A DNA stretch of 64,000 bases from Enoplolaimus lenunculus (taxonomy: Eukaryota). How positions within the stretch are numbered: position 1 is the first letter of the stretch; each line of letters starts with the position of its first letter. Below, piece after piece: positions 52,475-64,000 of the stretch. Location of the stretch: positions 248,001-312,000 of the forward strand of contig JASANG010003494.1 of assembly GCA_030248215.1 (NCBI GenBank). Direction: 5' to 3'. The position numbers and the translations under genes are program-made. The notes beneath the pieces were generated by a model. It did not search any database. It saw nothing but the letters and a program-made list of their open reading frames with translations, and had not been told where the DNA came from.

Positions 52475-53096
52475 TGTAAGCATGTGAGACATGCTTGTCC
52501 TAGAGCATATGCAATAAATGCAATGCACGCTGTGTTGTATGCTTGCTGGCCGCACAATGTCGACACATATAGTCGACGATAGAAACAGTTGGAGAGGCGG
52601 GCTGCGTAGCGCAGTGGTAGAGTGTTCGCTTAGGGTCCGTAGGCTGAGAGTTCGATCCCCGCTCTAGCCCGCTTTTCCAGCTGCTTAGTAAAAAGGTCTG
52701 ATGTCCCGGCTCCTACTGACATGGGGGCTACGCCGTGAGCGCAATGGTAAACTACCGCGCTTTGAACACGGTATCCAGTCGAAAATAGGATGGACGGTCA
52801 AGGGACGACCTTGTTGAAAATAAGGGCATGTAAGCATGTGAGACATGCTTGTCCTAGTGCATATGCAATAAATGCAATGCACGCTGTGTTGTATGCTTGC
52901 TGGCAGCACAATGTCGGCAGCACAATGTCGACACATATAGTCGACGATAGAAACAGTTGGAGAGGCGGGCTGCGTAGCGCAGTGGTAGAGTGCTCGCTTA
53001 AGGATCCATAGGCTGAGAGTTCGATCCCCGCTCTAGCCCGCTTTTCCAGCTGCTTAGTAAAAAGGTCTGATGTCCCGGTTCCTACCTAGACTGACA
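52475..53096 (+). mobile_element. TRIM (non-autonomous miniature LTR retrotransposon) with a tRNA-like cassette in each LTR
   Basis: LTR1 52475-52721 and LTR2 52829-53096, both TGTAAG...TGACA. PBS TGGGGGCTACG at 52722, purine tract GAAAATAAGGGCA before LTR2, 107-bp interior, TSD CGGGT (52470-74 / 53097-101). Confidence 0.88.
52600..52670 (+). other. tRNA-like Pol III cassette in LTR1 (second copy 52968-53039)
   Basis: A box TAGCGCAGTGG, B box AGTTCGATCCC, partial acceptor stem GGCTG/TAGCC, TTTT just downstream; anticodon arm imperfect. Confidence 0.75.
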
Positions 53097-53999
53097 CGGG
53101 TTACGGGTGGTTTCGAACTACCGACCTTCTGGGTGTCAGCCAGGCTGTTACCACTGCGCCACGCAGTCCGCCTGTCCAACTGCATTTTTCGTCGACTATA
53201 TGTGTCGACCGTACACCACAATGTGCATTGCATCTATTGCATATGCACCAGGACAAGCATGTTTCACATACTTACAATGATAGCCATGGAGCGACCGGGA
53301 CATCAAGGGACGGAGATCCGTTTGGTTATATTCGTTTATTTTCTGAGATTTATGTAGAACATACGTTTGTTGTTATTCGATAAGTACCATCTTTTTCATT
53401 CGTTTGACCTTATACGTTCGAACCAGGCGCGTAGCCAGCGGGCGGTGCTCTGAGCGTGGTAACTACGTATGTATAGTTATTGGTTTGCAAGCTTTTATTC
53501 AAGTTGTATACGAATAGTAAGGGGATCTTACGATCCAGTGATCGAATCAAACTTTTATACCAACAGAAAAAATTTATTAGATCACATCTTGATTTTCGCT
53601 GATCTTTTGCATTCATTGCGCTCATAGTTTTTAGGAAATAAAATCTTGTGTACCATACCAGTTTTATATCTGTGAAATACTTCCACAAAAATGCTCTCAA
53701 TTTTCTGATCCGTTGCAAAATTGAATAAGATCAAATTTATAAGTACAAACGAATAATATACCGGTTGGCAGGAAAATTCAATATGGTCAGAAAAAGATAA
53801 GTTCAAACATGCAAACCCACCAAACCTTTAAGTTAAACAGGTTGTGCACATAGGGTTTGTTGGATCTATACGGTCTGCATAAGAGTTACCCCGTGGTCAG
53901 TATTTTACTGGGGCCGGGCCTTAGGCCTTGGTCCCGAAGCCAGGCCCCGGGTCATCACTAGTCTGCACGATCCCTGTTCGAAGTTTTGCCCAAAGATAG

Positions 54000-54071
54000 G
54001 GACCACGCCGGGAATCGAACCTCGGCATTTTTGCACTCGAGTCAAGCATGCTACCACTACACCACGTGATC
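54000..54071 (-). other. tRNA-like sequence (SINE/TRIM head or tRNA pseudogene)
   Basis: Acceptor stem GATCACG/CGTGGTC, A box TGGTGTAGTGG, B box GGTTCGATTCC; irregular anticodon arm. Confidence 0.6.
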
Positions 54072-57000
54072 GATTGCGACAACTTCATATTGCGATATAT
54101 GTGCACGTGTATGACAATTGATGCTTAGCATACAGTTACCGTGTATTGCTCGTTTTTAGAGACGGTCGTCCCGAACCCTGAATTCAAGTACCCGAATTAA
54201 TGGCCTTGCTGTTTGCATGGTTGAAGCATATAACTGATATTGAGATATAACTCCGCCACGGTAATGGTATTGGATTCAGTGTTTAGAAATGCACAGCATT
54301 TTGCATACGTACACTAATATTTCGGCAAATCGTCCCGGCAAACAAACCAATTTCTGTGTGTTTTGTCATTTTATTAGTATTTGGGTTAAACATAGAATAC
54401 GGAAAAAAGTTAGCAAATATTTTATTGTACATATGTTAACAGTGTGCATATGGTGTAAGTTGTCTTGCTATGTGACAACCTTTTCCTGCTAGATTTAGGT
54501 TATTTTTTAAAACAGTCTCCTGATGGTTATTCTTACTCAGCAAGTATACATAGGTAGGCATAATATATACACACATGTTTTTTCGCAAGAAAAAACCTAT
54601 TTGCAGCTGACTGAAATTGAATTCCGTCGCTGTCTAAACTGCCGCTACCATACCTAAATTCTGGCATCAAATATAGTTTTCATGTCAGCTGACTAATTAT
54701 ATTTCGGGATCGTTGATTAATCAAGGTACGGTTTAATTAACAGTTTTTAGTTTTAAATGTACGTGTATATACTACGGTTACGTATATTTTTTCGTATGTA
54801 GGTATTGTTTCAGAACACGGTGTTATGTACAAGGCATGAAAAATCAGATTTTCAAACCGTAAAATACGTATATTAAGTGAAGTTGTTGTTTGTACTTAGA
54901 TTAAAATTTCCCTTGAAGCTATGGTTTCTGCTGAAATCGTTCAGGATTTGAATTGAATTTTAGGTTGAAATATCCGTGCGAGTTATATCGGTAAACGTGA
55001 AACTGAACGGTACAGACGCTCATGAGAAAACCGAGACTTAACACCAAAATTACGCGTAGCTTCTCGTTTCACCAAGGATGGGAGTATCGGTCTCGGCAGG
55101 TCCAGATTTAGCAGGGCGCGGCCTCTGTTTTTGAGGCTCGGTAGTTTGGAACCGAATCTAGAAGTCGAAGATTCAGCGAATGGATGGCTACATTGTTGAA
55201 GAAAGTGATGCCTGATAAATAAAATTTCGCTGTGAATCTATGAATTTATATGGTTACGCTGTAATTATGAATAGATATTTTGGAAGAACGCAAAAAGAAC
55301 TAAAAGAGAATTAAAATTATATATTTTAAACATTGTAATTTTATTTTAACAGGTGATGTCCAAAAATTGACCGAGACCGAGACTGCTACGCACATGGACA
55401 TGTTACCTAATACATATTTTTTTGGTTCGTATGAATTAAACTTGAACCGCCGCAACTGTGAATAATTTCGAAACCCTGGTTCCGGCTTGACACCGGTTTC
55501 TGCTATGGCCCCGGTAGAAATCGTAGTACCGAGACGCTTTAGTAGATTTTATTAAATCATTAATGAGGTATCATGCGATTTAAACAAGTTAGCAAATCAC
55601 CTGTCAGCTGCTTTTAAGAGCCTTTCCTCACAGTTACGTATTTCATGCACCGGCTGCTAAGGAATCCAGTTGGGGTGTCATACGCACCCTGTCAGAAATT
55701 TTTTGTGATAAAATGGTCAGGTACCTACCTCTACCTTGCACTTTTCTCTCCCAAAATTGACATATATACCATTCAATGAAACTTGCGTTTGATAACTTTT
55801 GCCAGAGCACGTCAGTAATTTCTGGACCCGCCGCTCGCACCGGCTGTTTATCTTACTAGCTTCAAGATCAAACTAGCGTAGAATTTCACTGAGGACTGAG
55901 GGACAATTTTGTTGGTAATACCCGAGAATGAATTGCATTTTGTCCACGCAATGTCTATAGTTAGTGTTTTGCAAAGACTTCCATGGTGAATTAGCTGTTA
56001 TTGGTCTGTTAGGATTAACTTAGGCTTAGAAAACACAGCCATTACGCCAAAACGACTGGTTTCGTTAGATAATATTATTTGGGTTACTTTCTCGTAACGT
56101 TTACCATGTGCTTTGTCGGGGAAGGTTTCTGGCGGTTCCAGCAGACTGTGCAAAACGAATTGAATTTAATCGAAATCGGAACAGGAATCAGAATTTTATA
56201 CCGGAATAGGATTGAATCGGAACTAGAACTTTTAGACCGCATATTATTATTTTGTTACATGGCCAGCTTTTTGATATCTAATCTATGTCGCAATAATATA
56301 TTTCAGACTGTTCTGTACTGCTTGTGTTCTACAAACAGTTGCCGTGCACAACTGCAATCAGAATAGGAATCGGTAATGGGTTTTGAATCGGAATTATAAC
56401 CGAATCAGAGTTTCGTTTGTACCCTGGGTTTCAGTGAAACTTCGTATGCGGTCGATTATTAGCATCTTGTGGGTCGAAGTTAAGGTGATGTGTTGCGAAT
56501 TTCAGTTTTTTCACGTGCAGCAGTTTGATCTGTTGTTCACGAATAATCGTTTTTGTTTTGGGAAGCTGGACTTCAGTTGATACTGTTAACGGGACGGAAT
56601 ACCTTTAAGAAGTGATTAGTTTGAACGGAATTTTGATTAGTCTAAATTTTAAACAGTATTTTCAAAATTTTACAGGTGTTTGTAGGTTCTAAAATTTGCA
56701 TATCTTGATTAGCGTTTAGTCTACTTTGTTTATTTGTTTTAGTTTTGATTGTAGGTATCCAATTATATCCTGCTGCGTTGAGGGCGAAATCTCGTGTTTC
56801 TGGCTTGTGTTTTGCTAACGTTGAGGCAGCACTACTTACATAGTGTATACGTTGCAGATTATATATATCTATATCTATCTATATCTATATATACATATAT
56901 AAATATATAAATATATACATATATTATAGTATATCTGAGGTATATCATGTATATATAGGTAATACCGTCGAACGTAGGTACATCCTTTCGAGAATGCTAC

Positions 57001-58957
57001 AACAGATGCTTTTAGATTAATATATACAGATTTGAGACTTTCCTATTTTTAGGTGTTTCTGTAGACGCAAGAGATTTTTGACGAACACAGAAGCAAACAA
57101 GCACTCATCTTTATTTGCTTAGGATGGTTTTGACGCGCACTGATATTGAGAGTGAGAGCGAACGATAGAGATATGATACGTACGTATATATCAATGTCGT
57201 ACCGTAAGGTAGGTAGTCTTTGGTTTTATCCTGGCAAAGGATCACGGCACCTGCTATATATACCATTTTCGATTTGTTGAAAAGCGTACATAGCTAGTCG
57301 AAATGGCGGGAAACATTTTTGGAGAGCTTGTGTGTACGCTTGTATATTTATATATCTAGTCACTTCAGGATATCGCGAAGAATAAGAGGTACTAGCTAAG
57401 TAATCGTGGTGTGGATGAATACATTATGACTTGGGTGGTGTTGCGTGTTATCATGGACGCTGGTCTTATTTCATTTGGCTAGTGCCATACGTGCCGTCAT
57501 ATTGAAGGTGTGTTTTGAGGCGAACTTTTGGGATTTGTATATGTACATTAATCGAAAGTTGCTAATATATATACATAACTATATTTACATAAATATATAT
57601 ACACATATATACATATATATATTGACGTTTGTTCTTGGTTTTTGTTGAGTAAATTTGGTTTGGTTTCGATTTTTAATCTCACTGACTCAAGTTTTGATTT
57701 TGTTTTTCGTTGTGCGTATACGTACATATTTATGTTAAAATGATATAAATATGTATGATATGAGATAGTCAGTAAGAGATTTTGTCGAATCGAACGATAT
57801 TCGGTGCAAATTGGCCATCTGGCTTGTTTTAAAAATGCCCAGGTTTGCCGGTTAGTATGTGAGCCACTGTACAAATGAAAAAAATCAAGGTTATGTAATT
57901 AATTATTTATTTGTACAATCTCGAAACCAAATTCGGATACCATCGTATTGTTTTAGAGGTGGACTGGTTCGATTTGTGTATGTTTCGATAAGAATAAAAA
58001 CTTTAAAAGTATAACGTTTAATTTGTTATAATTGTGTGTTCGCGAAGTTACGTACGTAATATAAACTGTAATTCATGTCACGTCGAGCAAAACTCATTGT
58101 GATATGTTGTACAGTGTGCGACCGGATGTGGATACAAAAATAGCGGAACTGGACTCGGATATTTAAGTGTATCTTTTGACAAAAAGTCAAAATTGTCCAG
58201 TCGCACTCTGAATTTTAATGTGTGTACCAGTTTACATACTTGGTTTTCCATCCACAATTATAGAGTGTGGTAGGGTCATTTTGTACTTTGCAATGAGGGG
58301 GGGCTGCCGTCTTACAGAACTGGCAAACAGATATACGATCGCAGTAAAGTATATATATGTATGTATGTATGTATATTACATAAATGTAGTTATGTATATA
58401 TCAGGGTGCAACCGGAATTCCGGTTCCGGTTCCGGCATTTTTTCACCTTCCGGTTCCGGTTCCGGTAAATTTTTACCGGATTTAAAAATTCCGGTATTAT
58501 AATTTGGCCGTTTTCTTAACTTTGCTAATTTTTAAGAATCTCTTTTGAAAGCCACTTGTACTCCGAATATAAGCCATTGATGGTGGATTTCACTTCAGTC
58601 GATGATGAAAATCTAAAATACAACAAATAAAATAAATACCTATGTTCGACTAAAGTTATTTCACAAATAATAGAGCAAAAAATAAGATTAAAATGAAATT
58701 TTTGGTGAAATGCATTTTTCACTTTCCGGTTCCGGTAAAATTTTCAAATTCCGGTTGCACCCTGATATATATGTATGTATGTATATTACATAAATGTAGT
58801 TATGTATATATACATTTTTATAAATTATGGCAGTTATTGGTAAGTATTTATGGGAACGGCTGAATTCAAGTATAGGGCGGATTTTTATAGGTGAATACAA
58901 AACGTAACTTTATCGTTCAGATCATTCTTAAATATGAGTGAAGGGATACGTAGTAAC

Positions 58958-59372
58958 CGGACAGAAGGCCGCCGGAAAAGTGGTCGCCGGACAGATGGCC
59001 GTCTGACAAAAGTCTGCCTGGACCCAAGGTCGTGCGTATAAAAGGCCACCTGAACAAAACCGCCTTGAAAAAAGGTTGTCCGGACAAAACGCCGCCTGGA
59101 CAAAAGGCCGTTCGGACAAAAGACCGCCCGGACAAAAGACCGCCTGGACAAAAGGCCGTCCTGACAAAAGTCCGCCTGGACAAAAGGCCGTCCGGACAAA
59201 ACACCGTCTGGACAAATGTCCGCCTGGCGCCTGGACAAAAGGCCGTCCTGACAAAAGTCCGCCTGGACAAAAGGCCGTCCGGACAAAACACCGTCTGGAC
59301 AAATGTCCGCCTGGCGCCTGGACAAAAGGCCGTCCGAACAAAACACCGCTTTGACAAAAGACCGCTTGTACA
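58958..59372. repeat. 15-16-bp GGACAAAAGGCCGTCC array with an 87-bp higher-order repeat
   Basis: Seen directly; stop-free in several frames. Confidence 0.85.
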
Positions 59373-60829
59373 TGAGGCCGCCTAAGCAAAAATGATTAAT
59401 TTTTCGTTAATCCGTTTTGTATGTTAAAAATAAGTAATGGTGCTTATTGATTAGCCCTTGTCATTTTCCAATAGCGAAAACTTATGACCAAAAGTGCAAC
59501 GCAGCCAGTCCTGTATGACGGCGTTGAATTACGCTGGATTGGTAAGAAAAATCAAACATGTTGCAGTTACGTATAACAATAAGACTCATATTTCAACATA
59601 ACTAAGGTTAAATATGTATATATAATTATATTTTGTACTTTTTGGTGCATTTTGGATAAAGAACACTAGGATATGTCGATGAAAACATGGTGTATATACT
59701 TGTAAATTAGTAAGATACTGGCTAATTACTAATACTGGCTAATTACTATATTAATATTAACTAATACCAGCTATTGGATTCAATATGCCGAGTTTCGCTC
59801 AATATCTATGCGTCTAGTTTCACTACGACTGGTTTATAGGTGTTACACAGATTTGAGAATATGGACAGTGGTTGGAATTAAATAGTTTTTGATAAGATAA
59901 AGTTGAGTGAGCGATGTTTAAACTGCTCCTGGTTTGGTATGGTTGTCTGGTTGAGGTATTGTTTAGTACACGTTTTGCTGTGTGTATATATATAGACGTA
60001 TAGGTACATAAATATATATTGCGGAGTGTAGCATATTTTAGATGGTGTATGTTGTTATTTTTTAAAATTGTATAAATTTGTGCCTAGTTTCTAGTCTTCT
60101 GGCTATTTTGATATTAGATGTGAAAGTTTTAGGATACGGTTCGGAGGGTATCGGCGAGTAGTGGCGGAATGTGTAGTTGGAGTTTGGAGTCAAATCGGTT
60201 TGGATACTGTTAAGGTTATATAGTCGGTTGTTATCATTTGAAATTTAGATAGGTTGATTTTAAAGTTTTAAGTTGTCCTGCGAGAACATGGACTCCCCTT
60301 AAGCCGTTATTCCATGAAGTGCCAGATATATATGTATATATGTATGCATATGTATCAGGATGCAACCGAAATTACAAAGTATCGGAACCGGATCCAGAAA
60401 GTTGAAAATACCTGAACCGGAAAACAAAAAATACTTGTTATCGACAGATTCATTTTCAAAGTAACTTTATTTGCTTTTGATGCTGTAAACGCACCATTTC
60501 GAATGCTAAAATTGTGAAACAAATGCAGTAACTTGCAATCGTATGATAAATTATGGAGTATGACACAAATTTTAAATTTTGGCGATACACTCTCAGACAA
60601 TTGTAGAACAATAAGTTAGTATAATGTGCCAATTTTTGTTAAATTTTCAAATGAGCTAAAATTTTCAATACCGATAATATCGGAAAATTCCGGTGAAAAA
60701 TATTGGATTTATTACCTGAACCTGATCGTCGAAATTTTCTAATTTATTTGTTTATATACAGTTTCGGTTTCTACTGTTCTTAGAAAAGGGAAATATTTCA
60801 GACAGAATTTCACGTCAGGGTGCAATCGG

Positions 60830-61125
60830 AATTCCGGTTCCGGCGTTTTTTCAAATTCCGGTTCCGGCCTTTTTTCAAATTCCGGTTCCGGCATTTTTTC
60901 AAATTCCGGTTCCGGCATTTTTTCAAATTCCGGTTCCGGCCTTTTTTCAAATTCCGGTTCCGGCATTTTTTCAAATTCCGGTTCCGGCCTTTTTTCAAAT
61001 TCCGGTTCCGGCATTTTTTTCAAATTCCGGTTCCGGCCTTTTTTCAAATTCCGGTTCCGGCATTTTTTCAAATTCCGGTTCCGGCATTTTTTCAAATTCC
61101 GGTTCCGGCATTTTTTCAAATTCCG
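60830..61125. repeat. 24-bp minisatellite, about 12 copies, following a hAT-like TIR at 60816
   Basis: Unit AAATTCCGGTTCCGGCATTTTTTC. Confidence 0.9.
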
Positions 61126-64000
61126 GGATTTAGGCAAGTAATAAATAGTAATATGGACGAAGGGAGTTGTACCCACTGCCAAATTGACCCTAGCATGGAT
61201 GGGTGGGAAATTAAAAAAGTTCCCGTGGCGTATAAACATTACATGGCTGAGGAGAGAGAGAGAGTTGAAAATGTATGAAGTATAAGTTGAAACGGGGTAG
61301 GTTTAAAGATTCAACTCAACCGGTAGTAAAGTGATTGGCGTTTTTGGTCGCCGACCCACAAAACCGTAGATTTGCTGTCGTGCATTTTTGTTTTCGATTT
61401 CAACAACAAAAGTTGTTTGGCCAAATCAGAGCATTTGCCTGTCGATCTAAGGCGAATTATATAGAAATATATAGCATTCGTTATACGTACACGTGTGTAC
61501 AAATTGAGCAACCGCGTATGCGGCACAACTGGATGTGAACGGGTCGTGTCACATTTGTCAAAAGTAAAATTTAGTATCGGAATTTAATGGTCAGTTTGCG
61601 TTTGGATGCTCGTTCGCTGCGATGACAAGGTTCCTACTACTGTAATATATTTCGCCATTTCGCATCGTCATACGATGGTCCTCCAGGTGGTGGATCAGCT
61701 GGTTCGTTTCTAGGCACCGGCGCTTGTATGTATATATGATATAAACAAGGTGTCTAAAGTTTATAGTACAATTTTGTATACATATGCCGCTGAGGTCTAC
61801 CTACACATTTACGTATCAAGGGTGTCGTTTTGAGGTTTGTGTCTATATGTATATCTGTATATATGTATATATGGATCAGCTTTTTGGATGACTTTATATA
61901 TTTATTCTTTTGTATTGGCGTTTTTTGAGTACATAACGGGCTCATGGCTTGACGCTTCCCAGAGACGAAACCAGGCGCAGTAGCGGATCCGAGGACGGTG
62001 GTAATTTAGTCGAGTGCGCGATATATATATACGTATATATAGTAGGTGAAGAAATCTTGCGAGCGAAAAGCCAAACGCAATTTTAGCATTGAATGGAAAC
62101 ATGAAGTTTTTGAGTTTGTGGAAATTACGGGCGCTGTCACTCCCCGATTGTCATCTTGATCTTGATATGCCCGGCAAGACGGGATGGGGTTAGGTTTTTG
62201 TAAGAGGGTGTGGGTGTGTTTGATTTTCGAAACGAATTGAGTTAAAAGGGAATAAACCGAGTTGCTGAGATGAGCTGGCGATAACTTTATGTTGCTTCTG
62301 TACGTCTTGAGGTTTTACGTGGGTTGCTCACGGTTGGGTAACGTCGAACCGGTGTGGGAATATGTATGTTTATATGTATTGTATGTGTTTGATGGTAAGC
62401 ACGGTGTGGTATATATTAATTCTTCGATTGTGTAGCCAAGTGGCCGGATTGAACGTTTTTAGTTTGTTATATACATATAAACGTACTTTTTTGGTCTTTC
62501 CGGCCCTAACACATAACAAACGTAAACGTAAGCCTAAGCCAGAAAATAAGCCTAGGCTTTAAGGTTACACCTAAGCCTAAGTTTGCTGATATGAGAATGG
62601 TGGGTGGAGATACGAAATATGGACCACCTAGGAATTTAATGAAAAATAGCTTATTGTATAGATCTTGAAGGTGCCTGGTTAAAAAGGTATGGCATTTAAG
62701 ATTTAACGTTTTACTATACATTAAATACCAATTATCTACAACGATATATTTGACGAACACGGAAATTATAGATACTTCCTCGTTTCAGCCGTTGGTAACG
62801 CAGCCATCAATGAGATTCCGTTGAATTCAGCTCGTCCAGATCTAGAAGAGATAGACTACTTTTTATTAAATTCCTAGGAGGGTCCAGATTGCGTACTGTC
62901 GCCAGATTTGTACCTTCGCCAGAATGGCTGTGACTGGTTTAATCTAACAGCTGAGTTAGGCATCAAAGAACGTCCCCTGTTATGTAGGGAGGGTTGTTCC
63001 TCCGTCATTGGTTTAGTGCATGTATTGTTGCCCAGACGATGTCGTCAAATCCATGATTCGTAGCTTTTCCAGAGTGTTCAAATCAGAATTTGGATAAAGA
63101 ATTGAAATATTAAGTTTTATTATGTAGAGTTTTAGAAGAAAGTTGTGTAATTGTAGTAATTACATACCTACTATGTATAGTTTCGTTTGCGTCAGCGTTT
63201 GTTCGATTTTGCTGTATGTACGCTTCGCTTTGCGGCCGATCCAGGCATTTTTTAATGGGTGAGACCGAGCGATGGAAATAGTAGTGAAGAGAAAAGCTTT
63301 CGATCGAGAAACCAAACACAATTTCAGCACTAAATCTGAATGCTGAATTTCGGGTTTGATCACCTGTTGGAAGGCGGCTGGGTTCCCGTTGTGCCCGGAC
63401 AGTGTTCTTTGTTAACAGGGGATTAGATATACGCAGTTGTGGTTCTTTATAGCGGTTGATTTAGTGTAGAATTTGCTAATCGCTACTATAAGACACTATT
63501 CTATTAAAGGTTTAATAACTTTCAAATGTTCGTACGTCATACTTAAGGTTAATACGGTCTTGTTAATTATTTAAATTGTAGCTCAAGTGTGACGTGCGTA
63601 AAGACAGTGGAAGTAGAGCGGATCCAGCCAATTTTTGACAGGGCGACCGAGTGAGATATAATAGTGAAAACAGCACGCGAGCAGCGAAGCCAGCGAGAAG
63701 CTAAAATGTGTAATTTTAGTGCTAAATTTTAAATTAAAAGTTTGGTTTTGATCTCTGTTGCGAGGCATTGCGGTGATGTGGGCCCGTTTTGGATCCCGCA
63801 AGTTTAGGTTAGCTAAGAAATTAATTATGTATTTCATCTTTTTTACACAATCTCTCGTCTAGATTATAAGGCCTCAAGGGTTTGCAGAGGTAGCAAAATC
63901 CTAGATGGATTTTGGTAAATAAGTACTACCAGATTGCGAGCGAATTTTAATTACTTATTTATGTAAAACTGTTTGATATGTTTGTGCTAAGATTTTTCGA

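Larger units (their letters stand above)
52413..53276 (-). mobile_element. solo LTR of a related subfamily, interrupted by the TRIM
   Basis: Minus strand reads TGTAAGTATGTG... (53276) to ...CCTAGACTGACA (52413); perfect 5-bp TSD ATGAT (52408-12 / 53277-81); tRNA-like core at 53098-53168. Confidence 0.85.

Noticed and set aside
52600..53168. Three functional tRNA genes
   Set aside because: Anticodon arms and some stems are mispaired, and all lie within LTRs; treated as tRNA-like cassettes.
58885..59389. Five overlapping ORFs of 92-162 aa
   Set aside because: Translations of a stop-free 15-16-bp tandem array.
60739..61278. PEPEFEK / RNRNLKK / FKFRFR repeat proteins
   Set aside because: Translations of the 24-bp minisatellite.
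62040..63345. Two similar peptides F-x-A-x-I-x-FGFS on the minus strand, suggesting a paralogous domain
   Set aside because: The DNA matches the internal GCGAGAAGCCAAACGCAATTTT motif of hAT-like MITEs seen at 36200, 46290 and 63690; not coding.
53300..64000. Large decayed autonomous element or additional gene
   Set aside because: No transposase, RT, integrase or Rep/helicase motifs and no consistent exon chain recognised; only old MITE fragments and TA-rich tracts. A TBLASTN/HMM search would be needed to exclude remnants.

Overview
AT-rich, repeat-dense eukaryotic genomic DNA, most likely from a nematode (TTTCAG/TTTTAG splice acceptors, abundant TTAGGC telomere-type repeats). Bases 1-40154 (+) hold the 3' 28 exons (3779 nt, about 1258 aa, open across all GT-AG junctions) of a MEGF6-like protein. 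It has calcium-binding EGF repeats, a linker, many laminin-type EGF repeats mostly one per phase-1 exon, and a terminal RGD plus basic tail. A convergent 4-exon MARVEL-domain membrane-protein gene lies at 44934-48210 (-) and is one base short of an intact frame. One intron carries a U6 snRNA copy with a 104-bp tandem duplication. Introns and intergenic DNA are packed with non-autonomous TIR elements, including about 25 copies of a TTAGGC-bearing MITE with 8-bp TSDs, plus several minisatellites. The most unusual object is at 52413-53276: a complete 622-bp TRIM (LTR-PBS-PPT-LTR, 5-bp TSD) whose LTRs carry a tRNA-like Pol III cassette complementary to the element's own PBS. It is nested antisense inside a related solo LTR that has a different tRNA-like core. 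From about 53.3 kb to the end the window is mostly old, degraded repeat DNA with no gene I can support. All calls were made by eye, without database searches.
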